A stretch of 64,000 bases of DNA, from positions 32,001-96,000 of the forward strand of contig JBIJDH010000009.1 in assembly GCA_044344255.1 (NCBI GenBank), in the 5' to 3' direction. The DNA is from Myxococcota bacterium. GTDB taxonomy: Bacteria; Myxococcota_A; UBA796; UBA2385. How positions within the stretch are numbered: the first letter of the stretch is position 1; each line of letters starts with the position of its first letter. The notes under the pieces were generated by a model. The model saw only the letters and a program-made list of their open reading frames with translations, was not told where the DNA came from and ran no database searches. The translations under genes and the position numbers were made by a program. This document shows positions 45,124-56,204 of this stretch, piece after piece.

Positions 45124-45153
45124 AGTATACCGGCCCGAGGGTGGCCGGGTCAA
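45124..45153 (-). promoter_or_regulatory. sigma70-type promoter of spike gene pair, with inverted repeat in spacer
   Basis: Minus strand TTGACC-N18-TATACT; CCGGCC-N7-GGCCGG spans the spacer. Confidence 0.65.
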
Positions 45154-45216
45154 CGCGTGGAAGAGAACGAGCCGATCCCGGAGGGTCGTCCCCCGAGGGC
45201 GGTCGGCCGCCCCGCG

Positions 45217-46362
45217 TCAGCAGACCCGGTGCATCCAGCGGTGGGGGTCGGGAGCGAGGCCATGCTGCAGATCGAGCAGTGCCTGCCGGAGGTGGGTCGT
45301 CACCGGACCCGACTGCTGGTCGCCCATCGTAAAGGAGCCCGACCTCGCCTTGATGCGGCCGATCGGGGTGATCACCGCAGCGGTTCCGCAGGCGAAGGCC
45401 TCCGTCATCCGGCCGCTGGCCGCTGCCTCGCGCCACTCTTCGACGCTCACGAGGCGCTCCTCCACGTCGTACCCGAGGTCAGCGGCCAGCACGAGCAGGC
45501 TGTCGCGGGTCACGCCCGGGAGCAAGGCCCCGGTCAGCTTCGGAGTGACGACGCGGGTGCGCCCGCCCTCAACGAAGACGAAGGCAAGGTTCATGCCACC
45601 CATCTCCTCCACCCACCGGCGCTCGACCCCATCGAGCCAGACGACCTGGTCGCAGTCCTCCGCCTTGGCCTGGGCCTGGGCAACGAGGCTAGCCGCATAG
45701 TTCCCGGCGCACTTGGCTTCGCCGGTGCCGCCCCGAACGGCTCGAACGTAGTCCTCCGAGATCCACACGCTCACCGGCTTGACCCCCTGGGGGAAATAGG
45801 CGCCGGTGGGGAGTGCCATCAGCACGAATTGGTAGGCGTTCGCCGGCCGGACGCCGAGGGCGGCCTCGGTCGCGAACATCAGCGGGCGCAGGTAGAGGCT
45901 CTGCCCGACCACCTTCGGGACCCAGGCTCGCTCGATCTCAATCAACTGGTCGGCGAGCCCCACGAAGCGCTCCACCGGGAGCTCCGGCATGGCGAGCCGG
46001 CGGGCTGAGCTGGCGAAGCGGGCACCGTTCGAAGATGGGCGGAAGGTGGAGATACCACCGTCCGACTGTGCATACGCCTTGAATCCCTCGAAGATGGCCT
46101 GCCCATAGTGGAGCGCCGACGCAGCGGGGTCAATGGAGAGGGGGCCGTACGGCACGATCCGCGCCGGGCCCCAGCCCTCACCCTCCCGCCAGTTCACAAG
46201 GAGCATGTGATCGGTGAAGTACCGACCAAAGCCGGGGTCCTCCAGGCGTCGACGACGCTCTTCGTCGGACCAGGGATGGTTGTTCCGCTCGAAGGTCACG
46301 ACCTCGGCCTCCGCAGGGGAGGGCGCCGACTTCAGGGTACCGATGGACGTGCCGCTGGTCAT
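45217..46362 (-). CDS. ilvE: Branched-chain amino acid aminotransferase
   Basis: GFGRYFTDHM, LHYGQAIFEGFKAY, LYLRP, AKCAGNYA, EEMGGMN, LPGVTRDS, EAFACGTAAVITPI. Confidence 0.96.
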   Translation of the reverse strand: MTSGTSIGTLKSAPSPAEAEVVTFERNNHPWSDEERRRRLEDPGFGRYFTDHMLLVNWREGEGWGPARIVPYGPLSIDPAASALHYGQAIFEGFKAYAQSDGGISTFRPSSNGARFASSARRLAMPELPVERFVGLADQLIEIERAWVPKVVGQSLYLRPLMFATEAALGVRPANAYQFVLMALPTGAYFPQGVKPVSVWISEDYVRAVRGGTGEAKCAGNYAASLVAQAQAKAEDCDQVVWLDGVERRWVEEMGGMNLAFVFVEGGRTRVVTPKLTGALLPGVTRDSLLVLAADLGYDVEERLVSVEEWREAAASGRMTEAFACGTAAVITPIGRIKARSGSFTMGDQQSGPVTTHLRQALLDLQHGLAPDPHRWMHRVC

Positions 46363-46497
46363 TCGCTGGTCCTCCTTGCGGGGCCCAAGTCGTAACGCGT
46401 GACCTGCTCGGGGGCACCCGCCAGCTCCTCCCCGTGTCTCCTCGCATGGCCGCCGGGGTGGCTGCGAGTGAGGGGTTACGCTGCCGCGGAGGACTCA

Positions 46498-47585
46498 TGA
46501 TGACGAACGGCCGCTCGAAGCGGGTCGGGCTCTGGACGGTCCGCACCGGTCAGCGGCGCGCGCTCCCCGGGCTAGCCACCGCGCTGTTGCTGGCCTGCGC
46601 GCCTTCAGACCCTCTCTCTCAGCCCAGCGGGCTTGAGAGCGCGGACGGCACGGTCTCCGGGGGCTGGCGCCGCACGACGGGCGGCTGTGGGAGCGGCGGG
46701 CTCCAGCTACACCTCGCGGGCCCACATTGGGGCACCCAGGGCTGGGTGCCGGCCGAAGTGTCGCGGGAAGATGCAGGGGTCGACTGGTTGTATTTCCCAA
46801 TTCAGACCGCGGTGGGGGAGGGGACGGCGGCCTTGCGCGTCGAGGGACAGGAGGCTCTCCTCCCCCTCGGCGCCCGCCCGGGGGAGCTGGAGATCGCCCT
46901 CCGCTTGACCCCCGCCAACGAAGCGCCGGACGAGGCGCGCGCCCTCGCGCGCTCGGCTGCGCAGATCGAGGCCGCAAAGTCCGTGTGGGCACGGGGCTTC
47001 TTCTCCCTCCGGGGCCCCGACGGGCCTGCGGGAGATCTCGACCTCGGCTACGGCACCGCCACCGTCGCGCTCTACAGCCCTGTGCTGGCCACCGCCGGTG
47101 GAGCGCCGATCCCCGCTCGCCGACGGTTGGACGGGCCGGATCTCCTCTTGGAGGTGCCGATCGAGCCCTCCTTGCACGGCGAGCTCGGCTCCCTTCGATT
47201 CAACCTCGCCACCTGGACAGTGATCTTCCCGGCCGGGGAGACGCCCTCTGATGATGATCTCCACTTCCAAGCGGAGGCGCTGGAGGGGGTGCCCGACCGT
47301 GCGGCGGCCTGGTCCTTGGCGCGAGAGGCGGCCGACGAGGCGGAGTTGGCCTGGCTCGACGAGCGCCTCCCCCGGCTCGCCGCTCAGCTCCGACGCCCGC
47401 AAGGTGACTGCCTCATCCCCGCCGACCTCGATCCGAGCTGGGGTCTCTTGCTCCAGGGCTACCGGGTGACCGTGGAGGCCATGCCAGGGCGCTGCTTGCT
47501 CTCCGTCGCGCCCGACCGCCCCCAACACCGGCGAAGGGCGACGGGGACGTGGGGACCCGCCGGACGCACGGCTGATCCATCCTGA
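46498..47585 (+). CDS. Hypothetical lipoprotein
   Basis: ATG after GGAGG; lipobox-like LLLAC; no recognised domain. Confidence 0.55.
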
Positions 47586-47615
47586 TGTTGATCCAACCTG
47601 AGCCTGACGAGACCC

Positions 47616-47696
47616 AAAAAGAAGCCCTCGTCTAGCCGACGGCGCCCCCAATCTCAAACATGCGGGGGCGAAGCTCGGACTCGACCAGACGAGGGC
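47616..47696 (-). terminator. Long multi-stem hairpin followed by U-tract (intrinsic terminator-like)
   Basis: GCCCTCGTCT (47624-33) pairs with AGACGAGGGC (47687-96); CGCCCCC pairs with GGGGGCG; minus-strand TTCTTTTT follows. Confidence 0.65.
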
Positions 47697-47734
47697 GCGG
47701 CGACCGTGTTGGACGCGGCCCCCACCACTCCAGC

Positions 47735-48202
47735 TCACATGGCGATGCAGCTCGAGATGCAGGCCTTCGGGAACGAAGGGAGGCCCGCGGGCAGGGGTTC
47801 AGCGTCGGAGATATCGAGGAAGTCGTGAGTCCAGTCGTTCAGGCTGAGTCGGAAATTGCGACAGTCTGCGACGGAGGGGGACGGACCGCTGCCACACCAG
47901 GGTTCTCGCGGCGGTGGGTAGTAGGCGTCGACGAGCTGGGCGTCCGTGAGGGAGCCTTCGGCGAGGTCGAGCGCCCAGTCCTTGGCAGCCGGCCGCCAGT
48001 TGGAGGCGACGAACTGGGTGGCCGTGTAGAAGCCGTCCCAATCCCAACCTCCGGACCAGGAGTCCCCGGAGGCCTCCGCGCTGGCACCCACGAGGAACAT
48101 CCCGAGGAACACCACGGTCGAGCGGACCATGGTCGATCGGACGACGGCCGAGGACGGGAGGCGAGGGATTCGCCGAGCGACGAGGCGAGCGAGATGAGAC
48201 AT
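47735..48202 (-). CDS. Small secreted Trp/Cys-containing hypothetical protein
   Basis: GGAGG RBS, signal peptide ending AEA, four Cys, own sigma54 promoter and terminator. Confidence 0.7.
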   Translation of the reverse strand: MSHLARLVARRIPRLPSSAVVRSTMVRSTVVFLGMFLVGASAEASGDSWSGGWDWDGFYTATQFVASNWRPAAKDWALDLAEGSLTDAQLVDAYYPPPREPWCGSGPSPSVADCRNFRLSLNDWTHDFLDISDAEPLPAGLPSFPKACISSCIAM

Positions 48203-48270
48203 CGGTGCCTCCAGGGATGCGGGTCGCGCCGGACAGCGGTCACCGAGGCATCCGAGATTGCATCGATCTC

Positions 48271-48286
48271 TGCAACCGACGTGCCA
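48271..48286 (-). promoter_or_regulatory. sigma54 (-24/-12) promoter
   Basis: Minus strand TGGCACGTCGGTTGCA, a consensus match, about 70 bp upstream of ATG 48202. Confidence 0.88.
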
Positions 48287-48618
48287 CCCAAGCTTTCGAG
48301 GCGGACCATCAGACTATACGAGGCGGAACCCATTGAATTCTGATGCCGTTCCGACCATCGAGGCTCCGCGAAATTTCTATGCCGAAATTTCATCCCTGAG
48401 ACGACATGAGGCGGAAATGCGAGCCTCGCCTCAGCCAGGCGCCCCTCGCCAGCGCCGGTCTCCATCGGCTACTCTCTGCCCGTTGGGAGGTGGGGAGGCT
48501 CGGCAGCCGACCCCTGCCCCATGTGCCGGGACCTGCAGCGGGCCGCCGCCTCCCGATGGCATCATGGAACGTCCGACCATCGAGAGGGTCGCCCGAACGA
48601 GGGCGGGAGAGGTGAGGG

Positions 48619-51600
48619 GTGGTGTCTCGTCGCTACCGGCGGGTGGGCTCGAGTCCGCGCCCATCGATACATATGCCCGTGGTGGCCCAGGACCGAGTGT
48701 TGGGCGGGATGGTGGTGCTCAAGATGGCCCCCTCCCGCGGCGCAGAGGCTGCGGAGCTCAGCCGCGAGGGTGGGCAGCTCGCCTCGCTCGCGCACCCGCG
48801 CCTCATCCAGCTGATCGATCGCTTCGAGGAGCAGGAGGGGGCCGGTGAGGACGGGCCGGTCACCGGCTTCGCGAGCCGGTGGGTGGACGGACAGACTCTG
48901 GTGGAGGGGCTGGCGGGAACAGGCCTCGGAGAGCGACTCTCCGCCTTCGGTCAGCTGCTGGACGTCGTGGCCTACCTGCACCGGCGTCGCTGCCTACACC
49001 TCGACCTGAAGCCCGACAACATTTTGCTCTCCTCCGAGGGCGTCACGCTGCTCGACCTCGGCTCGGCGCGCCCCCTCGACAGCGGGCCTGGAGAGGCCGG
49101 CGGCACCCTCGGCTACGCCTCTCCGGAGGTGCTGCTGGGACAGGCCGCCTCGGTGGCAGCGGACATCTTCAGCCTCGGCGCCATCCTCTACGAGCTCCTC
49201 ACCGATCGGCGCGCCTTCCTGGACGACCAGGGGGGTGACCTGCGTCGAGCCGTCCTGGCGGGAGAGTTCTTCCCCCCACGCACCCTCCAGCCCAGCATCC
49301 CGCTCGGCCTGGCCCACCTCGTCGAGGGCCTGCTCGCACCAGAACCCGCGCGCCGACCCGCCAGCGTGCTGGAGGTGGTGGAGCGGCTCCACCGCTTGGG
49401 TCACCCCGTCGTCCTCCAAGGGGGCTCTCCCCCGCTCGTCGGGAGGGCAGCGGAGATCGTCACGCTGAACGAGCGGCTCAACGCGCGAGAGGGCGGCGTC
49501 CTCCGGGTGGTCGGCGAGCCTGGAGTCGGGCGGGGCCGGCTGATTCGCCACGCGCTCTCCCACCACGTCGGCCCCTCCGCGCGGCGCTGCATCGATCTCA
49601 GCCAAGCCGCTGACCCGCTGCGGGCGATCGATGGGCTCTGCTGGACCGTCGGCGCCAACCTGCCGCCGCCGATCGGCTGCACGGCCTGGCAGAGCCTCGC
49701 GGAGCGGTCGCTGCGAGGCGGCGCGCTGCCGCCCATCGCCGCCTTCATGGGACACCGGGAGTCCACGCCCGTTGACCAGCTCCGGGTGATCGACGCCCTG
49801 ACACCGGCCCTCGTCCATGCCGGCGCGCTGGTGATCTGGGCCAGCGCAGCGGCGGACCCCGACCGCCCGTCGCTGCACCTGCCGCCCCTCAACCGGGAGA
49901 GCGTCGCGGAGCTGTCGCGGTTCTACTCGGTCGTCTCGGGGTCGCAGGTCGGGGAGCTGTTGGAGCGGACCGGCGGGATCCCGGGTGCGCTGCTCCGCCT
50001 CCTCTCCCCGACCGCCCACGCCGCCGATGCCCGGGAGCCCTCGAGCCAAGAAGGTGCGCTCGACTGGATCGTCCGCCTCCCGCCAGGCCTACCGGCGCCC
50101 CTGGTCTCGGCCATGCCGGGGCCGATGCGGGAGGGCGTACAGCGACTCCTGGACCGCGGAGCGCTGCGGCTGGCACATGACGGCCGACTGTATGTCGACG
50201 GTCCTCCGATCGCGCTGGCCCCGGACGACGCCGTCGAACGGCAGCTCCGAGAGCTCCTGCTCGCCGCGGATCCCTCCGGCGATCCGCTCTGGTTCGGCGT
50301 CGCGGCGGCCCGATTGGGTCTCTTCGACCTCGCCGCCGCGCTCTACGACCGTGGCGCCGAGCTCGCCGCGCCCCGCAGGTCCACGCTGCTCGAGCTGACG
50401 GAGCGCCTCGCCGCCTCGGGCCATCGCGCGGCCGTGTCCCCGCTGGCCCGGATGAGAGAAGAGGACGGCGGCCTGAGCGCGGCCATCACCTTGCTCCATC
50501 GACTCGAAGACCGCAGCGAGGCGGAGGAGATCGCGCTCATCCGCGTGCTCCGCCGCGCGAAGCGGGGAGGGGAGGCGGAGGCCCTGGCCCGCGCCGCCGT
50601 TCAGCGGACCGCCCGGGCCGAGCTCTGGATCGAGGTGGCGGAGTGCTGCGTGCTCCGCGGCGATGTCGCCGAGGCCTCCTTCGCCGTGTCCGAAGCCGAA
50701 GCGCTCGGACCGCCGGCCCCAGAGCTGCCGTTGCTGTCGATTCGACTGTCCATCCTCTTGATCCGGGTGAACAGCGGACAGCGGCCCGAAGAGATCGACG
50801 CGCTCCTCCGCAAGGTCGAGTCGCTGGCCACCGAGCTCCCCTCCGTGAGCCTCTCCACCGCGAGCCGGATCTGCGACCGGAGCGGGCAGCTCCAGCGCGC
50901 CGCCGGCCTGATGGAGCTCGCCGTCCGTCGCGCCGACGCCGAGGGGGACGCGAAGCGGGCCGCTGGCTACCGAAACAATCACGGCAACACCTTGCAGAGG
51001 CTGGGCCAGGGCGCGCGGGCCCGCGCGGCCTACGCCGACGCCGAGACCCGCGCCGAGCACCTCGGCGCTGAAGACCTCATCCTGCCGATTCGATACTCGA
51101 TCGCGGACCTCGAGCTGCGCTCGAACCACCTCCCCGCCGCGCAGATCGCCGTCGACAGCTTTCAAACTCGAGCGAACGTGGCGAAGTCTCCGGAGGCCCG
51201 CCTCCGGGCGGCCGAGCTCCGCGGTCGCCTCTTATTGGCGCAAGGCCACCCTGAGGAGGCCCTCACGGCCTTCAGCACGATGGACAGCGCCCGCCTCTCC
51301 GAAGACCTGCGGGTGTCGCGGGCGGTGGGGATGGCGAAGGCGCTGTTGGCCCTCCAGCGCTTCGAGGATGTGCAGAGCGTCCTCGAGGGGGTGAGCGGCT
51401 CCCGGGTGTCCACCGTTCAGGCGCTCGTGCAGACGCTACAAGCCCGCTCCTGGCTCGGCCTCGCTCGGCGCACCTTGGAGGCCGCCCGCCGCGCCGTCCC
51501 CGAGGCCCCCGACTCGATGGAGAAGCCCGACATGGGCGAGGTCTTGCTCGCGGCCGCCGGCGAAGACCTCGACGCCTCTACCTTCGCCGCGCGCCGCGCC

Positions 51601-53229
51601 GATCTCGGGCGCGCCGCGGTCCTCCTCCGGGGGACGACCCGCGCCGCCTCCGCCGCGACCCTCCGCGATCGGCTGCTGGAGGGCCCGGGCGCCAATCTGG
51701 AGGGCATCGTGACCCTCACCGAGGCCATGAACGATCCCCAGGCCTTCCCCTCGGCGCTCGCCCGCATCGTCGGCGAGGCCCTCGGCGCCTACCGTGTGCT
51801 CATCATGGTCCGCATCCCTGGCCTTGGGAACCAGATGAAGTACAATGAACTGTCCGGTCAGGAGGCCGCAGGGATCGGACGAGAGGTGCTGAAGCGGATC
51901 CAGAAGCCCAACGACACTTGGCTCGCCCACGATGCATTTGGGGACATCGAGCTCCGCAGAAGCTCACAGACGGTGCGCACCTTCGAGCTCAAGAGCCTGC
52001 TCGCCGTGGCGATCCCCCAAGGAGAGGCCTCGATCGGCGCGCTGTACGTGGACGATCTTCATCGGACCAACCGCTTCACCGACGCCGACGTACTGCTCAT
52101 GCGGCGCCTCGCCGCGGCGGTCGGCAAGGTCATCCCGCTGCTCAACCTGCGCCCCGCCGAGCCCGGCGCCGGCCGGCCCGTCGAGGTCTGCGGCGCCTTA
52201 TTCGGGAGCGCGCGCCAGGCCGAGTCGATGAGCGACGTCATCAACCTGATCGAGGGATCCTCCCAGTCGAACGTGCTGATCAGCGGCCCCACCGGCGCCG
52301 GCAAGACCGAGCTGGCCCGTCGGCTCGCCACGCAGGTGCTCGGCAAGAAGGGGGTCAAGCACGTCGTGCTCTTCGACAACGACGCCGAGAAGCTGAAGAC
52401 CCTCCTGGCCGGAACCCGTCCCGGCGAATTCTCGGGGTCGCTCCAGCGCGTGGGGGCGATCGAGCAGTGCCTGGCCTCGGGACAGGCACTCTTCCTCGAC
52501 GAGCTCCAGAACCTCGGCGACGCCGGACAACAGGTGCTGCTCCCCCTGCTGGAGCTGCCGAATCGACACTTCAGCGGCCTGTCCACCGCCTCCGAGCGCT
52601 TGAGCGGACCGCTCCAGGTCATCCTCGGGACCAACGCCGACGTCTCGAAGGGCCGGTGGAAGAAGGTCTTTCGAGAGGACCTCTGGTACCGCATGGGCCA
52701 GCACCACATCGCCCTGTCGCCGATCGCCGACCGTGGGGCCGAGGTGGTCTTTCAATATCTCGCCAAGATGCTCAAGGAGCTCTGTGGGCGGACCCCGGAG
52801 GACATCATCGAGACCCCGGCCCTGCACCGCGTCACCTCCTGGTCCTGGCCAGGGAACCTCCGTCAGCTCCGCAGCTTCGCCGAGACGGTGTCGCAACACT
52901 GGAAGCGACACCACAGCCCGATCACCCCCGAGCTGCTCCCTCGGCTCGGCATGCGCGACGACGAGTCCGAGGCAGAGACGGAGCGCGCCGACTCCATCCG
53001 CCTCGACCAGCACTCCATCCAGCACGTGATGCGGGTGCTCGAGTCTTGCGGGTGGACCCAGGTGAAGGCCGCGCGGCTGCTCGACATCAACCCTCCGCAC
53101 CTCAACAAGATGCTGGAGCGGGCCGGGCTGAAGGACTTCGTCAAGGAGCAACGCACCATCGCCCAACAGCAGCCCCGGGCGGCGAGCGCCGCAGTGGGCA
53201 CGGCCGCACCACGAAGGCCGGTGGGGTAG
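48619..53229 (+). CDS. Ser/Thr kinase-P-loop-TPR-GAF-sigma54-type AAA+ activator-Fis HTH multidomain regulator
   Basis: [31 protein letters not shown]-like helices; GAF ([15 protein letters not shown]); [42 protein letters not shown]. Confidence 0.88.
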   Translation: MVSRRYRRVGSSPRPSIHMPVVAQDRVLGGMVVLKMAPSRGAEAAELSREGGQLASLAHPRLIQLIDRFEEQEGAGEDGPVTGFASRWVDGQTLVEGLAGTGLGERLSAFGQLLDVVAYLHRRRCLHLDLKPDNILLSSEGVTLLDLGSARPLDSGPGEAGGTLGYASPEVLLGQAASVAADIFSLGAILYELLTDRRAFLDDQGGDLRRAVLAGEFFPPRTLQPSIPLGLAHLVEGLLAPEPARRPASVLEVVERLHRLGHPVVLQGGSPPLVGRAAEIVTLNERLNAREGGVLRVVGEPGVGRGRLIRHALSHHVGPSARRCIDLSQAADPLRAIDGLCWTVGANLPPPIGCTAWQSLAERSLRGGALPPIAAFMGHRESTPVDQLRVIDALTPALVHAGALVIWASAAADPDRPSLHLPPLNRESVAELSRFYSVVSGSQVGELLERTGGIPGALLRLLSPTAHAADAREPSSQEGALDWIVRLPPGLPAPLVSAMPGPMREGVQRLLDRGALRLAHDGRLYVDGPPIALAPDDAVERQLRELLLAADPSGDPLWFGVAAARLGLFDLAAALYDRGAELAAPRRSTLLELTERLAASGHRAAVSPLARMREEDGGLSAAITLLHRLEDRSEAEEIALIRVLRRAKRGGEAEALARAAVQRTARAELWIEVAECCVLRGDVAEASFAVSEAEALGPPAPELPLLSIRLSILLIRVNSGQRPEEIDALLRKVESLATELPSVSLSTASRICDRSGQLQRAAGLMELAVRRADAEGDAKRAAGYRNNHGNTLQRLGQGARARAAYADAETRAEHLGAEDLILPIRYSIADLELRSNHLPAAQIAVDSFQTRANVAKSPEARLRAAELRGRLLLAQGHPEEALTAFSTMDSARLSEDLRVSRAVGMAKALLALQRFEDVQSVLEGVSGSRVSTVQALVQTLQARSWLGLARRTLEAARRAVPEAPDSMEKPDMGEVLLAAAGEDLDASTFAARRADLGRAAVLLRGTTRAASAATLRDRLLEGPGANLEGIVTLTEAMNDPQAFPSALARIVGEALGAYRVLIMVRIPGLGNQMKYNELSGQEAAGIGREVLKRIQKPNDTWLAHDAFGDIELRRSSQTVRTFELKSLLAVAIPQGEASIGALYVDDLHRTNRFTDADVLLMRRLAAAVGKVIPLLNLRPAEPGAGRPVEVCGALFGSARQAESMSDVINLIEGSSQSNVLISGPTGAGKTELARRLATQVLGKKGVKHVVLFDNDAEKLKTLLAGTRPGEFSGSLQRVGAIEQCLASGQALFLDELQNLGDAGQQVLLPLLELPNRHFSGLSTASERLSGPLQVILGTNADVSKGRWKKVFREDLWYRMGQHHIALSPIADRGAEVVFQYLAKMLKELCGRTPEDIIETPALHRVTSWSWPGNLRQLRSFAETVSQHWKRHHSPITPELLPRLGMRDDESEAETERADSIRLDQHSIQHVMRVLESCGWTQVKAARLLDINPPHLNKMLERAGLKDFVKEQRTIAQQQPRAASAAVGTAAPRRPVG

Positions 53230-53252
53230 GATGGCCCCTCCCCGAGGGTGTG

Positions 53253-54233
<981 letters not shown>

Positions 54234-54254
54234 GCGGTCCCCGCGGCGGCCTGC

Positions 54255-54283
54255 CTGACGACCGACCTTCCTGGGGATAGGAT
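54255..54283 (+). promoter_or_regulatory. Candidate sigma70-type promoter
   Basis: CTGACG-N17-TAGGAT upstream of ATG 54305. Confidence 0.4.
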
Positions 54284-54304
54284 CCCACCCTCCCGAGGTG
54301 GCCG

Positions 54305-55381
54305 ATGCGAGACGCCCTCCCCCCCATCCGACCGAGCGGGCGCCACATCGCGGCCTCCTTCGTCCTGTTCGTCTTCGGCTGCGGCGGCGGGGAGTACGGC
54401 GAGCTCCCGAAGGGGGGTGACGGCGGGGGGGATGGCGCCGGGTTGCCCGCCTTCGCCCTGACCGGCGCCCAGCCCGACCACGGGCCGGAGGCCGGCGGAA
54501 CGGCGGTCACCCTCAGCGGCAGCGGCTTCACGTCGTCCACGGAGGTCACGGTCGGCGGCGCCCCCTGCGCCTCGCTGACCATCCTCTCCTCGGTCGAGAT
54601 CGCCTGCACCACCCCCGCTGGGGCGGCCGGCGCGGCCAACCTGCAAGCGAGCCGCCCCGAGGACGGCGCGCTCAGCTCGGTGGCCTTCACGTATGAGTCC
54701 GGCGGCACGGACGGGACCGACGGGAGCACGGACGGCGGCACCGATGGCACCGACGGAGGATCCGACGGCGGCACCGATGGGACCGACGGTGGGACCGACG
54801 GGACCGACGGCGGGACGGACAGCGGCACCGGCGGAGGCACGGACGGCGGCACCGACAGCGGCACCGGCGGAGGCACGGACGGCGGCACCGACAGCGGCAC
54901 GGATGGAGGCACGGATGGAGGCACCGGCGGCGACACGGGCGTCATCGTCACCCCCGTCGACTACTGCCACATCCAGTACCCGTGCACGATGACCAGCACC
55001 GCCGGGGCGGCGTCCTCCGTGGTCTACGTCTGGGTCTACCAGGGCGGGATCACCGTCGGCGCCGGGCAGGGTGCCGGGGTCTCCGTCGAGGTGGGCGTGG
55101 GCCCCGACGCCTCCGACCCCTCCGCGGGCGGCTGGACATGGAGCATCGGCGGCTACAACGGCGACAAGGACGGCCTCACCGCTGGCGACCTGTCGAATGA
55201 CGAGTACCAGGGCTCCTTCACCACCCCCGCCACCCTCGGCAGCTACGATTACTGCGGCCGGGTCTCGGCAGACGGCGGCGCCAGCTGGACGTACTGCGAC
55301 AGCGGGGGCTCGAGCTGCGGCGGGAGCGGGAGCGACGACGGATACAGCGCCGCCAACGCCGGGCAGCTCTCGGTGAACTGA
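54305..55381 (+). CDS. Lipoprotein: IPT/TIG domain, GTDG linker, C-terminal amylopullulanase-associated-like beta domain
   Basis: Lipobox VFGC; PDHGPEAGGTAVTLSGSGF...IACTTP; C-terminal GPDASDP..WTW..YN..NDEY..YDY..SADGGASWTYCD. Confidence 0.75.
   Translation: MRDALPPIRPSGRHIAASFVLFVFGCGGGEYGELPKGGDGGGDGAGLPAFALTGAQPDHGPEAGGTAVTLSGSGFTSSTEVTVGGAPCASLTILSSVEIACTTPAGAAGAANLQASRPEDGALSSVAFTYESGGTDGTDGSTDGGTDGTDGGSDGGTDGTDGGTDGTDGGTDSGTGGGTDGGTDSGTGGGTDGGTDSGTDGGTDGGTGGDTGVIVTPVDYCHIQYPCTMTSTAGAASSVVYVWVYQGGITVGAGQGAGVSVEVGVGPDASDPSAGGWTWSIGGYNGDKDGLTAGDLSNDEYQGSFTTPATLGSYDYCGRVSADGGASWTYCDSGGSSCGGSGSDDGYSAANAGQLSVN
54701..54939 (+). repeat. Low-complexity coding repeat (GGTD/GTD/DSGT units)
   Basis: Repeated ggcaccgac/gggaccgac units including a 36-bp duplicated block. 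Confidence 0.85.
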
Positions 55382-55501
55382 GCCTCGGACGCGCCGCGGC
55401 CGGTGCCCCGATCACGGTCCATCGGCCCCCTCGAAGCTCCCTGAAGTAAGTTGAAGGAAAGAGCGCGCCGGCCGTCGGTCTGGGACACCCGGAGCGCGCC
55501 G

Positions 55502-56098
55502 ATGCTGTTTCTTGCTGCTCTATTCTCCGCTTCGTCCCCCTTCTCCGCGATGGTCTCCTCGGTCGCCCGCGCCGACGACACGCTCTCCGCCGAGGCCAGC
55601 GTCCTGGCCCTGACGAGCGGCGGCGTCGCCCCGGGGGCCGCGCTCCGCTTCAGGCCCGACGCCACCTTCTTTCAGGTGGAGGGGCGCGCCCTCGGCGACC
55701 AACGGTGGACGGGCCGCCTCACCCTTGGGGTCGATCTCTTCCCCTCCCTCGACGCCTTCGACCTGAGCGCCGGTGCCTGGGGCGGCCTCCGATCGGCCGA
55801 GGCGGATCCCGCCTCCAGCGGCAATGGCGCCCCCGACCTGACCACACCGAGCGGCCCGCCCCGCCTCCAAGCCGGCCTCGAGCTGAGCGTCCTCGGTCGG
55901 CTGGGGCCGGTCGGCGCTGGGGCCCGCCACGCAGAGGGCATCCTGGTGCTCGACCAGACGCGGGTCAGCGAAGACGAGCTCCGCCTCGGCTGGACCGCGG
56001 TGCGCACGGTCGAGCTCTTCGGCGCGTACAGCCGCCTGGCCTCGGAGGGGGAGGCGGTGGTCCACGGTGTCGGCGCTGGCTGCGCGATCCGCTTCTGA
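55502..56098 (+). CDS. Probable small outer-membrane beta-barrel protein
   Basis: Signal peptide ending ARA; alternating strands; C-terminal GVGAGCAIRF beta-signal. Confidence 0.55.
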   Translation: MLFLAALFSASSPFSAMVSSVARADDTLSAEASVLALTSGGVAPGAALRFRPDATFFQVEGRALGDQRWTGRLTLGVDLFPSLDAFDLSAGAWGGLRSAEADPASSGNGAPDLTTPSGPPRLQAGLELSVLGRLGPVGAGARHAEGILVLDQTRVSEDELRLGWTAVRTVELFGAYSRLASEGEAVVHGVGAGCAIRF

Positions 56099-56204
56099 GC
56101 CGGTCGTGGGTCGAGCCGGTGGCGTGTCGATCCGGTGAGAGGCCGCCCGCTCGCGCCCGCCGACCGCCGCCGCCTCGTTAGGGGGCGGCCCCCTTGGAGG
56201 TCTT

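Noticed and set aside
47950..47970. Shared LAEGSL hexapeptide between the two sigma54-driven secreted proteins (other copy near 16635-16650)
   Set aside because: No similarity extends beyond six common residues; likely chance.
54701..54939. CRISPR array (also 532-620 and 20751-20810)
   Set aside because: Repeats are in-frame, lack unique spacers, encode low-complexity peptide, and no cas genes are present.
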